Assembly: GCA_004297765.1 (NCBI GenBank) | Contig: SCTZ01000085.1 | Location: 10,240 to 74,239, forward strand | From: Chloroflexota bacterium | Lineage (GTDB): Bacteria > Chloroflexota > Dehalococcoidia > FW602-bin16 | DNA length: 64,000 nt | Direction: 5' to 3' | Shown: positions 24,021 to 34,270 of the stretch, in pieces | How the letters are laid out: every line of letters starts with the position of its first letter | Numbering within the stretch: the first letter of the stretch is position 1 | Notes under the pieces: model-generated | Database searches by the model: none | The model's input: only the letters and a program-made list of their open reading frames with translations | What the model was told of the DNA's origin: nothing | Translations under genes and position numbers: made by a program

Positions 24021-26789
24021 ATGACAAGGCGTTTGGGCCTCGGATCGGGGGTTTTCCTCGGAAAGCATTGGCATGTCTTGTTCATCGGGGTACTGGTGGC
24101 CATGACCCTCTGGCCCGCTGCGCCAGCCCAGTCCCAGCTGCCCCCATCGACTCCGGGGCAATCGTCCGTCGTCTCCTCTGCACCTCTTTCCGGAAACGCC
24201 ACGGTGGACGAGATCCAGGGTTTCAAGCTCCTCACGGCGCGCGAGGGTTGGGTGCAGATTCACCAGCAGCTCTTCTGGACCAGCGATGCCGGGCTCAGTT
24301 GGATAAATATCACGCCCCAGTTGGGTCAGTCTGCCCTTCCCGCGGTCTTCTTTCTCGATCATAGGCACGGCTGGGCCGTTCTGACCGGCCCCGCTGCCGT
24401 CGGGTCCGGCGGGTACGCCATCGCTCGAACTTCAGATGCGGGCAAGACGTGGCAGGCTCAGCCTCTCTCGCTGTTTCGTCCGGATGATGTGGATGCCCTT
24501 GTCGGCAACTTCTACCTGCGGTTTGTTACACCTCAGACCGGCTGGCTTGTCACCAAACGTGCCACCAGCAGGAATTTCAGTGTAGGTGCCCTCTTCAGAA
24601 CCACTGACGGTGGCAGGAGTTGGACGCGACTCACGATTCCCATCGGCGAGCCGGTCTATTTCGCCACCGAGCAACTGGGCTGGGTCGCGGGTGGTCCCGC
24701 CGGGGATCAGCTTTACCGGACCCAGAATGGCGGACAGACCTGGGAGCGCCAGAGAGTGGATGACCCGGCATCGGGCGGCGGTCTTCAGCGAATCTACCGG
24801 CTCCCTCGCTTGGAGACTCCGCAAACCGGGACCCTGCCGGTCATCGCGACCAACGGCAGCGAAACCTCGATCGAGTCATATGCCACGCGGGACGGCGGTC
24901 GGCAATGGGAGCTCGTCTCACGCACGCCGCTGGGCAATCGAATAGATCCGGCCGCTCGGTTCCCGTTGGTCAGCCTCGGCACGGGACAGACTATCACGGT
25001 GTTGCCAAACTCCGGGCGGCTGTTGAAGACCGCCAGCGACGGACAAACCAGCGAGGTGCGCGACCCGGATGGCACGTCCTCCCACCTGGTCGAGCTAGAT
25101 GCCGTCACGCCGAATCTGGCCTGGGGTCTCTACAAATCGAGCCGGTGCGAGGTCACCGCCCAGACCGATGGCAGCCGCCCCGCCCGATGCACGTCAGAGA
25201 GCAGGCTGGTTAGTACGACCAATGGCGGCCAAACGTGGCAAGCTTTGAATCTGCCCAGCGCTAACGCGCGCGCCGCGGAGGGCTCCACCAACGCACTGCG
25301 GACCGTAGTGGGGCAAGGCTTCGATATCTGTATGATTCCCAGCCTCGACGTTCTTAGCAATTGGATAGTGAACAGCCCATATCGATCTGTCAACCTCTAT
25401 ATCGGAGGCTCTGTTTGGGCCTGTCGTAACTCGCCCTGGGCGGCCTCCCGTCTCACGGCCTCCTACATCCTTCAGGTAAGTCAGCAGGGCTGGATGTTTT
25501 TCCCCACCTGGGTTGGGCCGCAGGCCCCCTGTTACTCCGATGAGGCCTGGATGGTGATGAGCTACGACCCGACCACGGCCTTCAATCAGGGCACCGCGGA
25601 AGCCAACGCGGCCAGCGACCGCGCGGCCAATCTCGGCTTGCCACCGGGCTCGGTCATCCACTACGACATGGAAGCCTACAACACCACCATCAGTGCGTGT
25701 CGCAACGCCGTCAAGTCCTTCGTCTCCGGGTGGTCCCGGCAGATTCGCGCCCGAGGCTATTCGGCCGGACTCTACGGAGCTGGCTGCGGCACGGCCATGA
25801 GCGACTTCGCCAATATCCCCAACGTGCCCAACGAGGTCTGGCTGGCTCATTGGATTTACTCGGCGTACAACCCCTCCGCTTCTGTCTGGGGCGTCGCCTG
25901 CACCTCGGATACCCTCTGGGTGGGCCATCAGCGGCTTCGTCAGTACGCGGGCAACGTCTACGAGACCTGGGGTGGCGTGACGCTGAATATTGACATCGAC
26001 GTGCTGGACGGCACCCTCAGCAACACCGCACCAGCGCCAGCCACGCCCACTCCAACCCCGACTTGGACGTCGACGCCTACCTTCACGTCCACTGCAACCC
26101 GCACCGCAACCGCGACGTCGACCCGAACCTTCACATCCAGCCCGACAGCAACCAGGACAGCGACTCCGACCTTCACGCCCAGCCCGACTCGCACATGGAC
26201 GGCCACCCCGACCGCGATCGCGGCCGGCATCACCTCTCCGCGCAACTGGGATACCGTCACCACATCGCCGCTGGCCGTTCGGTTTGCGGGCAGCAACGTC
26301 AGCGCGGTCCAGTTCTGGGCCTTCTATGACCTCGGCTGGCATGAGTTGGGCACAGACACCAACGGGACCGACGGCTGGGGTGTCAACTGGAATTGGAACG
26401 GTATCAGCAGCCAACTGGTGAAGCTCACTACCGTGATGCGGGATACCGGCAACAACATCAGCGTGGACTCTGGCGGCGGTGCGTATGTCCTGCTCCAGGC
26501 TCCCTGGGGACTGATCGCCCCCGCCAACGGAGCGACCATCACGAGCTGTCCCCTCACCCTGCAGGCCTCGGCCAGTGGGGCGGCCGTGGTCCAGTTCTGG
26601 GCCTTCTATGACCTCGGCTGGCACAACCTGGGCACGGACATGAACGGGACCGACGGCTGGAGTGTCTCCTGGAACTGCGCCGGGATCACCAACCAGCAGA
26701 TGAAGCTGACTACGGTGATGTGGGATAGCAGTGGCAACCCGACCGTCGACCCAGGTGGAGGCGCCCTGGTCACTCTCCAGGCGCCCTAG
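24021..26789 (+). CDS. secreted multidomain protein: BNR/Asp-box beta-propeller + DUF1906 (Rv2525c-like glycoside-hydrolase-like) + TP linker + duplicated C-terminal beta domain
   Basis: Six SxDxGxTW-type boxes (TSDAGLSW, TSDAGKTW, TTDGGRSW, TQNGGQTW, TRDGGRQW, TTNGGQTW). A DUF1906-like region (GQGFDICMIPS...VNLYIGG...GSVIHYDMEAYN). A TPTPT linker. Two ~100-aa repeats (VQFWAFYDLGWH.LGTD.NGTDGW.V.WN). The start is uncertain (24021 or upstream). Confidence 0.75.
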   Translation: MTRRLGLGSGVFLGKHWHVLFIGVLVAMTLWPAAPAQSQLPPSTPGQSSVVSSAPLSGNATVDEIQGFKLLTAREGWVQIHQQLFWTSDAGLSWINITPQLGQSALPAVFFLDHRHGWAVLTGPAAVGSGGYAIARTSDAGKTWQAQPLSLFRPDDVDALVGNFYLRFVTPQTGWLVTKRATSRNFSVGALFRTTDGGRSWTRLTIPIGEPVYFATEQLGWVAGGPAGDQLYRTQNGGQTWERQRVDDPASGGGLQRIYRLPRLETPQTGTLPVIATNGSETSIESYATRDGGRQWELVSRTPLGNRIDPAARFPLVSLGTGQTITVLPNSGRLLKTASDGQTSEVRDPDGTSSHLVELDAVTPNLAWGLYKSSRCEVTAQTDGSRPARCTSESRLVSTTNGGQTWQALNLPSANARAAEGSTNALRTVVGQGFDICMIPSLDVLSNWIVNSPYRSVNLYIGGSVWACRNSPWAASRLTASYILQVSQQGWMFFPTWVGPQAPCYSDEAWMVMSYDPTTAFNQGTAEANAASDRAANLGLPPGSVIHYDMEAYNTTISACRNAVKSFVSGWSRQIRARGYSAGLYGAGCGTAMSDFANIPNVPNEVWLAHWIYSAYNPSASVWGVACTSDTLWVGHQRLRQYAGNVYETWGGVTLNIDIDVLDGTLSNTAPAPATPTPTPTWTSTPTFTSTATRTATATSTRTFTSSPTATRTATPTFTPSPTRTWTATPTAIAAGITSPRNWDTVTTSPLAVRFAGSNVSAVQFWAFYDLGWHELGTDTNGTDGWGVNWNWNGISSQLVKLTTVMRDTGNNISVDSGGGAYVLLQAPWGLIAPANGATITSCPLTLQASASGAAVVQFWAFYDLGWHNLGTDMNGTDGWSVSWNCAGITNQQMKLTTVMWDSSGNPTVDPGGGALVTLQAP

Positions 26790-26840
26790 TAGTGAAGCCC
26801 TTCTCTGTGGCACGCCCCTTGCCGGGCAGACCGGAGGGGC

Positions 26841-27353
26841 ATGCTGACCGCCAATCCTTTGATGGAGGTGCTGGACGTGAATTTGGGTCTATTGCTGCTG
26901 CGCCTGGTCGTCGGGGGAATCTTCGCCGTGCACGGCTATCCGAAGCTACTGGGCGGACCGGAGAAGCCGGTGGGACCGGAGGCGGCCCGTTTCCTCGGGC
27001 CTGGATTCGTGCAGGCGATGCAGAGCGGTCAGTCTGGATTCGCAGAGGCATTACGAGGGATGGGCGTTCCGATGCCCGGCACGATGGCTCCTCTGATAGG
27101 TGCCGTAGAGCTTTTCGGTGGCTTGCTCCTGATGCTGGGCTGGTTCACCCGCCTGACAACAATCCTCCTGAGCCTCGACATGGTCGTGGCCATTCGTAAG
27201 GTTCATTGGCAGAGCGGGCTGGTCGGACCTACAGCGTCGGAGTTCCCACTCTCGCTCCTGGGCGGTTGCCTGGCGCTGTTCTTCGCGGGACCCGGCAAGC
27301 TCTCGCTGGACGAGCTGCAGTCGGCTCTGCTCGGAGTGTTCCGGAGGAAGTGA
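26841..27353 (+). CDS. DoxX-family membrane protein
   Basis: LGLLLLRLVVGGIFAVHGYPKL... with 4 TM helices and VELFGGLLLMLG, typical of DoxX. Confidence 0.8.
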   Translation: MLTANPLMEVLDVNLGLLLLRLVVGGIFAVHGYPKLLGGPEKPVGPEAARFLGPGFVQAMQSGQSGFAEALRGMGVPMPGTMAPLIGAVELFGGLLLMLGWFTRLTTILLSLDMVVAIRKVHWQSGLVGPTASEFPLSLLGGCLALFFAGPGKLSLDELQSALLGVFRRK

Positions 27354-27439
27354 GTTGACACGAGGTTACTCTCAAAGCTGCGCTCATGGAAGCTGCGTCA
27401 TCGGTGAGGGGGTCCATTGGCGCCGGCGTGCCAAACCGG

Positions 27440-27600
27440 GCGAATTGTATCCAACCGAGCGCCGCCCGGGGCTGAAGCAGCCGGGCTGATTTAGCGAAGC
27501 CCGCTGAACCGGGCTGGCCTCGCTGACGTCAGCCCGCTTGAGCGGGCTTTGTTGGACTAGCGCGCTCGCTTTAGCGGCGCGGGGCGCCGGAGCAGAAGGA
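27440..27600. repeat. cluster of GC-rich REP-like hairpins (GCCCGCT..AGCGGGC type)
   Basis: gaagcccgctgaaccgggctgg and cagcccgcttgagcgggctttg hairpins in an intergenic region. The 80-aa minus-strand ORF over them has no coding character. Confidence 0.55.
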
Positions 27601-27733
27601 CGCCCTGCAGCACACGGTTGAGCCATCCGCGCTTCGCAGTCGACCGCCCACTTAGCTCAATGCGGATAGGGCGCGATGATGGTCTTTAACAAAATGGCGT
27701 GGTACATACTCGGACGCTGTTCCTCGCCCCCCA

Positions 27734-27753
27734 GGGCGCAATCAATTGCGCCC
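27734..27753. repeat. REP-like palindrome GGGCGCAATCAATTGCGCCC(CTAC)
   Basis: A perfect 8-bp-arm palindrome. Same consensus GGGCRCA...TGYGCCCCTAC as 15145-15163. Confidence 0.7.
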
Positions 27754-27837
27754 CTACTCACAAGATGTACCTCGTTTATTTGTTGACGACCATAGTCGCG
27801 CCTCTACGATGTGGGTACGATAGGTTCTCCGCGCGCC

Positions 27838-28989
27838 TTACCGGAGCCTCGGGGTTTCGCCGGACGGGCTGGGCGTCTGCGACAGAGCTAGGTTGCCCTT
27901 TTGATGATACTGGTCGAAGAGCGCACCCCAGGGGGATTCTCGACGCCATAGCTCGAACTTCTGGCGGTCGCGGAAGTTCCAGCGATAGTAGTCGTGGTAG
28001 ATCTCCGAGACCAGATATGTGAGGTTGGCGATAGGCGTGTGGAAGATCAGCTTCTGCAAATGACGTGTCGGTCCATACCAGGAGAGGTAGCCCAGGAAGC
28101 TGTGGAAGGTATGTCCGACCTCGAATTGCCAGTTCTCCCCGCTCACGTCGTCGCCCACTAACTCGATCTGGCGTGGGTCGCCTGTGCCCAATCCGCGCTC
28201 CTGAGCGATCCGGATGTACTTCAGCGACAGCGGATCGAAGCCCATCATCTTGGCCGCCACGGCATCGATGGCCACCTGATCGGACGAGGCCAGGATCACG
28301 TTCTTGGTCTCCGGCAGCATCACACGTGGTCCGGGGCCGTTGCCGGCCGTCGTCCCGTCCATCACGGCGAAGACGCCGGGGTGGATCTCCTTCTGGATTG
28401 ACAGGAGATCGACCAGCGTCTCGTGGATCCAGGAGTGCGTGTAGTGCCGCTTCTCGCTGAGGAGCCCGCCAAAGGCGTTCTTCATCGCCCCGGTCGTCGT
28501 GGTGTAAATGTGGCACTTGGTGGTGGGCAGGTGCACCATGTTCTTGCCGATGAAGTAGTCGGGGATGCGGATGCCGTCGGGATAGATGCGCGGCAGCACT
28601 AGCAGAGGCTTCTTGGGTTTGTACTCCACCCAGCGCATATCGGAGCCGCGGAAGTTGAACAGCACGGGCACGTCGTGAGCCCGGCAGATCGGCCAGTAGC
28701 CGTTCAGATCGGTGCCCTTGAAGGCGTTGGTGACCACCGTCCGGTTCTGCACGCAGCTCAGATCTTCGAAGCCCGCCTTGCGGAGTCCGAGAATCGTCCC
28801 CTCCAACTGCCAGGGCGTGGTGTTTGCCCCAGGAAACGGGAAGTGCCAGGAGATATTATCCTTCAGCATCGTCGTCACGCCTGGGGTCAGATACTTCTGA
28901 ACCTCCGCCAGCTCCAGTAGCCTCTGGTAATCCTCCAGGACAGTCTCGGGCCGCGTCCGCAGCACGGCCACCTTAGCGCGCTCGCTCAT
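27838..28989 (-). CDS. DUF362 domain protein
   Basis: 383-aa ORF. KVAVLRTRPETVLEDYQRLLELA...MLKDNISWHFPFPGANTTPWQLEG...AVMDGTTAGNGPGP matches my recollection of the DUF362 family. No function assigned. Confidence 0.7.
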   Translation of the reverse strand: MSERAKVAVLRTRPETVLEDYQRLLELAEVQKYLTPGVTTMLKDNISWHFPFPGANTTPWQLEGTILGLRKAGFEDLSCVQNRTVVTNAFKGTDLNGYWPICRAHDVPVLFNFRGSDMRWVEYKPKKPLLVLPRIYPDGIRIPDYFIGKNMVHLPTTKCHIYTTTTGAMKNAFGGLLSEKRHYTHSWIHETLVDLLSIQKEIHPGVFAVMDGTTAGNGPGPRVMLPETKNVILASSDQVAIDAVAAKMMGFDPLSLKYIRIAQERGLGTGDPRQIELVGDDVSGENWQFEVGHTFHSFLGYLSWYGPTRHLQKLIFHTPIANLTYLVSEIYHDYYRWNFRDRQKFELWRRESPWGALFDQYHQKGNLALSQTPSPSGETPRLR

Positions 28990-29181
28990 GTAGCTCTGTC
29001 CCCTTCCTGCATGCTTTCGGGACCATTATAGCATATGCGGCGGGATTGCCATTTTCACGGCTGGAGCGATAGATCTACCGGTGGTTAGAGCGGCCGCTTA
29101 TCCAGCATGACAGAGCCGGGCTGCAATGGTATGATGTGAAACAACACTCGACCCGCACGACGCCAGCCAGGAGATAAGCGT

Positions 29182-30615
29182 ATGCCTGTCGAACCTTCTC
29201 CCGCGCCCCTATCGGTGCGTGCCAGCGCCTCTCGGATGGGATCGGAGTTGCTGTCGCGTCTGGCCGATATCGTGGGCGAGCGTCACTTGCTGAGCGAGCG
29301 GGAGGATCTGTACTGCTACGGCTACGACGGAACGGCGCAGCACGCGCTGCCGGATGCTGTCGTGCTGCCCGCGAATACGCGGCAGGTGGCTGAGGTGCTG
29401 AAGCTGGCCAACGCGCGGCACGTGCCCGTGGTGCCGCGCGGAGCAGGTACAAACCTGAGCGGTGGGACGGTACCTATCCAGGGAGGCATCGTGCTTGCCC
29501 TGACCCGCCTGGATCAACTTTTGGAGATCGATCGGGCCAATCTCACCGCCACTGTCCAGCCGGGTCTGGTGACCGCTAAGCTGCACGAAGCCGTCGAGCG
29601 GCAGGGACTCTTCTATCCGCCGGACCCGGCTAGCTACTCCGTCTCGACCCTTGGCGGCAACGTAGCCGAGGGGGCTGGAGGACCACATTGCTTCAAGTAC
29701 GGCACGACCAAAGACTACGTGCTCGGGCTGGAAGTGGTGCTGGCCAGCGGGGATGTCCTCCGAACCGGCGGCAAGACCGTCAAGAACGTGAGCGGCTACG
29801 ATCTGACCCACCTGTTCGTTGGGTCCGAGGGGACCTTGGGCGTGGTGACCGAAATCACGGTCCGGCTAATCCCCCTGCCCGAAGAGCGACACACGATGCT
29901 GGCCGTCTTCGACACCCTGGAGGATGCTGCCCGTCTGGTCTCCAATATCGTGGCCGCTCGCATCGTGCCGGTGACTCTGGAGCTAATGGACGAGGTGGTC
30001 CTCCGGGTCGCGGAGGCCAGCCATCCCATAGGGCTCCCACTGGACGCCGAAGCCGCTCTACTGATTGAGGTCGATGGCAACCGCGAGGAGGCACGGCACC
30101 AACTCGAGCGCGTGAGTCAGATCCTGGACTCGAGCGGCGCGCGCCAGGTGCGGGTGGCCCGCACGCCGGCCGAGGTTGACGAGCTATGGAGTGCACGCCG
30201 GGCGGTAAGCGCCTCCCTCAGCCGCCTGTGTGCGGTCAAGATCAGCGAGGACGCGACAGTTCCTCGCGCGGCGGTGCCTGAGATGGTCAGGCGCATCAAA
30301 GCCCTGGCCCGAGAGCACCGGATCGAGGTCGCCGTCTTTGGCCATGCGGGCGACGGCAATCTGCACCCAGCGGCCCTGCTCCAGGATCGGACACCTCAGG
30401 AGATGGAGCGGGCCGACCGTTTCTTCGCGGATATTTTTCGGGCGGCCCTGGAGCTCGGTGGGACGCTCACCGGCGAGCACGGCATCGGTGTGTTTAAGGC
30501 TCGCTTCCTAAGCTTGCAGCATGGCGCCGCGGGAGTCGCCGCCATGAAAGCAATCAAGGCTGCTCTGGATCCCAACGGCATCCTTAATCCAGGCAAGATT
30601 TTCGGGCAAGTTTGA
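29182..30615 (+). CDS. FAD-linked oxidase (GlcD / D-lactate dehydrogenase family)
   Basis: PCMH-type FAD-binding domain (VVLPANTRQVAEVLKLANARHVPVVPRGAGTNLSGG) and a C-terminal FAD-oxidase domain (GTLTGEHGIGVFK...LDPNGILNPGK). Confidence 0.9.
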   Translation: MPVEPSPAPLSVRASASRMGSELLSRLADIVGERHLLSEREDLYCYGYDGTAQHALPDAVVLPANTRQVAEVLKLANARHVPVVPRGAGTNLSGGTVPIQGGIVLALTRLDQLLEIDRANLTATVQPGLVTAKLHEAVERQGLFYPPDPASYSVSTLGGNVAEGAGGPHCFKYGTTKDYVLGLEVVLASGDVLRTGGKTVKNVSGYDLTHLFVGSEGTLGVVTEITVRLIPLPEERHTMLAVFDTLEDAARLVSNIVAARIVPVTLELMDEVVLRVAEASHPIGLPLDAEAALLIEVDGNREEARHQLERVSQILDSSGARQVRVARTPAEVDELWSARRAVSASLSRLCAVKISEDATVPRAAVPEMVRRIKALAREHRIEVAVFGHAGDGNLHPAALLQDRTPQEMERADRFFADIFRAALELGGTLTGEHGIGVFKARFLSLQHGAAGVAAMKAIKAALDPNGILNPGKIFGQV

Positions 30616-30630
30616 TCAAGGAACACGAAC

Positions 30631-31869
30631 ATGGCTTCGCGACTATTCGGCCTCGTTATTCTGATCGCGATCACATCGGCCCTTAGCACGTTCGCGACTG
30701 TCACATTGATGCGCTACGAGGGCGGACGGCTGCTGTCATACATCCCGACCTTGCCGTCCGCCGGCGCAATATCCACGCCAAGCCCAACCACTCCGGCAGC
30801 GCTCTTGCCAACGCCGCAACCCGCGGCACCCCTGAGCGCCCCGCCGTCGACCGCCGCGGCGCCCTTGCTCCGCCCGAGTGAGGAAGTAGCCGTGCGCATC
30901 GCACGGGAGGCCGGACCGGCCGTAGTCAACATCACCAGTATCGCTACCACCTATGACTTCTTCTTCAACCCGGTACCGCAGGAGGGCATCGGCTCGGGAT
31001 TCATGATCGACGCCAACGGGCAGATCCTGACCAATAATCACGTGGTAGAGAACGCGGAACGGCTCGAGGTCACGCTGGTCGACGGATCGAAGTTTCCCGG
31101 CACGCTAGTTGGGCGAGATCCGTCCAATGACGTCGCGATTGTGCGCATCAATGCACCGGCGGAGAAGATCCATCCTCTCAAGCTCGGCCGATCGTCCGAC
31201 CTGGCCGTGGGGCAGCAGGTTCTGGCCATCGGTAACCCGTTCGGGTTCGATCGCAGCGTGACTACGGGCGTAGTGAGCGCGCTGGGCAGGACGCTGCGCG
31301 CATCCAACGGGCGCCTGATCTCCGGGATCATCCAAACCGACGCGGCCATCAACCAGGGCAACTCGGGAGGTCCCTTGATCAACAGCCAGGGCCAGGTCGT
31401 GGGCATCAACACCGCGATCTTCAGCCCGAGCGGGGGCTCCGTCGGGATCGGGTTCGCCGTCCCCGCGGATACGATCGCACGCCTGATGCCCGAGTTGATC
31501 GCCAAAGGTCGCGTGCCACATTCATGGATGGGAGCGTCTTTCCAGGACGTCACGCCCGACCTGGCGCGGGCGCTGAGTCTTCCCGCCACTCAGGGCGTAC
31601 TCGTGGCGCAGATAATAGCCCGCGGTCCGGCGGCGAAGGCTGGACTACGCGGAGCGACGCGCGTTCAGCGTATCGGCAACATCCGCGTTCAAATCGGAGG
31701 GGACTTCATCGAAGCGATCGACGGGGTGGCCATCAAGAACGCCGACGATCTTCAACTATTCCTGGATTCGAAGAGAAGCCCGGGCGACACCATCCTACTG
31801 AGGATCTACCGGGACGGGCAGGAGCAGACGATAGAGCTGACGCTGGGAGAACAACCGAACGGTCAGTGA
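30631..31869 (+). CDS. HtrA/DegP-family serine protease with PDZ domain
   Basis: N-terminal TM anchor. Catalytic triad contexts TNNHVV, DVAIVRI and GNSGGPLIN. A C-terminal PDZ domain (GVLVAQIIARGPAAKAGLR...). Confidence 0.9.
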   Translation: MASRLFGLVILIAITSALSTFATVTLMRYEGGRLLSYIPTLPSAGAISTPSPTTPAALLPTPQPAAPLSAPPSTAAAPLLRPSEEVAVRIAREAGPAVVNITSIATTYDFFFNPVPQEGIGSGFMIDANGQILTNNHVVENAERLEVTLVDGSKFPGTLVGRDPSNDVAIVRINAPAEKIHPLKLGRSSDLAVGQQVLAIGNPFGFDRSVTTGVVSALGRTLRASNGRLISGIIQTDAAINQGNSGGPLINSQGQVVGINTAIFSPSGGSVGIGFAVPADTIARLMPELIAKGRVPHSWMGASFQDVTPDLARALSLPATQGVLVAQIIARGPAAKAGLRGATRVQRIGNIRVQIGGDFIEAIDGVAIKNADDLQLFLDSKRSPGDTILLRIYRDGQEQTIELTLGEQPNGQ

Positions 31870-31876
31870 GAGACCC

Positions 31877-33121
31877 CTAGCGCTGGCTTGCATCCGTGGC
31901 GTACGCCTGGAACTCCTCCAGAGTTCGGCCGGCTTCCGTCGGCGCGCTTGCATTCCAGTCCGGCTGGATGGCCACGAACTTATCCTGCCAGGGATCGCCG
32001 GGGACTCCGGTGTGCGGGGTAAGATACGTGGCGGGCGTGAAGTGGCTGGACAGCCATTCGGCGATCGGGATGTAGCGATCCTCGCCCAGCCAATTGCGCG
32101 CCCCTTTGTTCGGGTCGGCTACGTAGACGCCAAGGATCCTGGCCCGCGGATACTTGGAATACGGATCGCTGTCCGCTCGCACACCGCGCACCAGCACGTA
32201 GTGGTCGCCGCGCCAGATCAGAGCGACCGAGGGCTGTTTATAGGCCGGGTTAGCGATGAACCAGGCCATGACCTTGGTGGCCTCCATGGCATTGTCGTAG
32301 CGGTAGTGGTTGAAGCCGCGCTCAGGCATCGCATTATGGGCCGCCGAAGCCACCGCATACGGGGAGGCGTTCCACTCGTCAACCGTGAAGCCCATGTTAT
32401 GCTCCAGCTCCCAGTCCCACAAGCTCTGCTGAGCCTGATAGTCCGGTCCCGTCCTGTAGCCGTTGTACTCGGCCCACATCTGGATGTCGGCCGGATCACA
32501 CCATACGGCGGTCATTTGCCGTCGAAAAGGTATCGGCAGATCTAGATCAAACTGCGCCTCCGCTGGAGAGAGGTACTCAGCGTAGGCATAGCCGCTGAGA
32601 CCACTGAAGCCGACCTTCCACCAGACGGCTCCATCGTTGGCTTCCTGCACGTCCACGCGCGTCCCGGCGGGCATGGTGGAGAGGACGGCAGCATCGAAGG
32701 TAGGTCCAGATCGCAAGCGCAGGGAGGTGCTCACCACAGCCTGGCGTATGGTGGCAGAGGCAAGCGGCGCCGCCGATGGCTGGCTCTCGAAGCGCTGCAG
32801 ATACGGGGTGGCAGCCCAGCCGTTCACGCCGCCGAACGTAACCGGATACCAGCTATCGGTCTGCGAGCCGCGCACGGTGACCTGGCTCCCGTTCGGCATC
32901 AGAGCAAGCACCTCGGCATCCAGTGATGGAGCGGCCCGCAGGTTGAGTCCGCCGTCGGCCGCGACGATGGCCTCGTCATCCGCGATCGCGGCGTCCCGGG
33001 GCAGCACACCGAAGACCACTGCCGCGATGAGCGCCAGTCCCAGGAAGACGAATCGGTTGATCCGATGCCGGAAAACATCGTGTCGTTCGGCCGTGATTCC
33101 AGTTGCGTGCGGGTCGTGCAT
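31877..33121 (-). CDS. membrane-anchored protein with two SH3b domains and a papain-like (C39-like) C-terminal domain
   Basis: TM helix FVFLGLALIAAVVFGV. Two SH3b repeats (LNLRAAPSLDAEVLALMPNGSQVTV...WYPV; LRLRSGPTFDAAVLSTMPAGTRVDV...WWKV). The C-terminal region has a candidate Cys (TAVWCDPA) and His (RGDHYVLVRG). Start taken at MHDPHATG. Confidence 0.65.
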   Translation of the reverse strand: MHDPHATGITAERHDVFRHRINRFVFLGLALIAAVVFGVLPRDAAIADDEAIVAADGGLNLRAAPSLDAEVLALMPNGSQVTVRGSQTDSWYPVTFGGVNGWAATPYLQRFESQPSAAPLASATIRQAVVSTSLRLRSGPTFDAAVLSTMPAGTRVDVQEANDGAVWWKVGFSGLSGYAYAEYLSPAEAQFDLDLPIPFRRQMTAVWCDPADIQMWAEYNGYRTGPDYQAQQSLWDWELEHNMGFTVDEWNASPYAVASAAHNAMPERGFNHYRYDNAMEATKVMAWFIANPAYKQPSVALIWRGDHYVLVRGVRADSDPYSKYPRARILGVYVADPNKGARNWLGEDRYIPIAEWLSSHFTPATYLTPHTGVPGDPWQDKFVAIQPDWNASAPTEAGRTLEEFQAYATDASQR

Positions 33122-33526
33122 GCCACAGACTCCCATCGGCGGTCTCTGTCCAGACACCTGACGCTGACGTACCCATCCCTTGCATCTTCCCAGCCGTACT
33201 ACACGTGACCTGCTCAGAAATCCTGGTCGGTGTAGACCACAGAGGCGCGCCCTGGGAGCGTCCGCCTGAGGCGGGCGCGTGCCTTGGCTGACGTGCGGGC
33301 AGAATGCCCGCGCTCCCAGCCAAGGCCATTTCCAATAATGGCCAGGCCGCAAGCTTACATCCACGCCGAGCGGTCGCGCGCACGCAGGTTGTCCGGAGTG
33401 ATACCGCGGCGCGATGTCACAAGGCGTGCTGCAGTAGGAGGCGTCTCATCGGCGAACAGGATGCGCCTTCACTGTCGATGTACGCTCCGGACCATAGCAC
33501 ATACCGGAACGACCGTCAAGTTGCCT

Positions 33527-34270
33527 CTACTGGAATATCACGTTGAATTGTGCGATCGGAGGCACTTCCGCTCCCAGCAACGGGCTCGATTGCGTGCGAA
33601 TGAATACCTGGTAGTTGCCCTTGCGTGGGAATTGAACGTTGTTGCCATAGCGCAACTGGTTGACGTTGCCATCGGCTGGAACGAGCGGAGCCAGCCCCTG
33701 ATCCGCCAAGACCGGTTTCCCGTCGCGCAGAATATCCATCGATACCAGCAGGTAAGGCACGACCTGTCCGGTCGTCTTATCCTTGACCTGGACGGCTACG
33801 TGTCGCAACATCTGTCCCTTGTCGGAGTCGGACGGCGGGTTCTGCGACGGGTCGAAGTTGTTGGTGATCCTGATCATGCTGCCACCCACAACGGCGGACC
33901 CCTTGGCGTCAGCCGTCTTCTTGTTGTTGCTGCTCTGCTTGCTACTGCTCGATGTGTCCGAGTCCTCGCTGCTGTCAGACTGCTTCGCAGGGTCAAACAT
34001 GTACTGCGCGGTGTCAACCGTGAGCACCATCGAAACGTTGCCCACTGTCACCGTGGCAGGCGTTATCGTCGCGTTCCCAGCTTGAGTCGTGCCGGTTCCG
34101 GCCTGACCCTGCAGCCCTGGCGGTATGGAACCGGTTTGACTATCGGAGTTCTGTTCGATCACGTCCTGGTTGCTGTTCCCAAGTCCCTGGCACGCTGGCG
34201 TAACCAGCAGCCCAGCCAGCACGATCAACGTGATGAGCGAGCCAACAATATGCCCTTTCAACCGCATCAT
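33527..34270 (-). CDS. lipoprotein, unknown function (C-terminal region faintly like Fe2+-transport P19/Tp34-type beta-sandwich)
   Basis: AGGAGGAG RBS followed by MMRLKGHIVGSLITLIVLAGLLVTPAC (lipobox). A Ser/Asp-rich linker. The C-terminal ...LRYGNNVQFPRKGNYQVFIRT pattern resembles that family only weakly. Confidence 0.5.
   Translation of the reverse strand: MMRLKGHIVGSLITLIVLAGLLVTPACQGLGNSNQDVIEQNSDSQTGSIPPGLQGQAGTGTTQAGNATITPATVTVGNVSMVLTVDTAQYMFDPAKQSDSSEDSDTSSSSKQSSNNKKTADAKGSAVVGGSMIRITNNFDPSQNPPSDSDKGQMLRHVAVQVKDKTTGQVVPYLLVSMDILRDGKPVLADQGLAPLVPADGNVNQLRYGNNVQFPRKGNYQVFIRTQSSPLLGAEVPPIAQFNVIFQ

Noticed and set aside
25194-26813. 539-aa minus-strand ORF
   Set aside because: It is antisense to the BNR/DUF1906 exoprotein gene. 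The product is a low-complexity Arg/Gly/Pro-rich sequence typical of high-GC antisense frames.
27384-27626. 80-aa minus-strand ORF
   Set aside because: It lies entirely within REP-like GC-rich hairpin repeats, and its amino-acid sequence simply reflects the repeat units.
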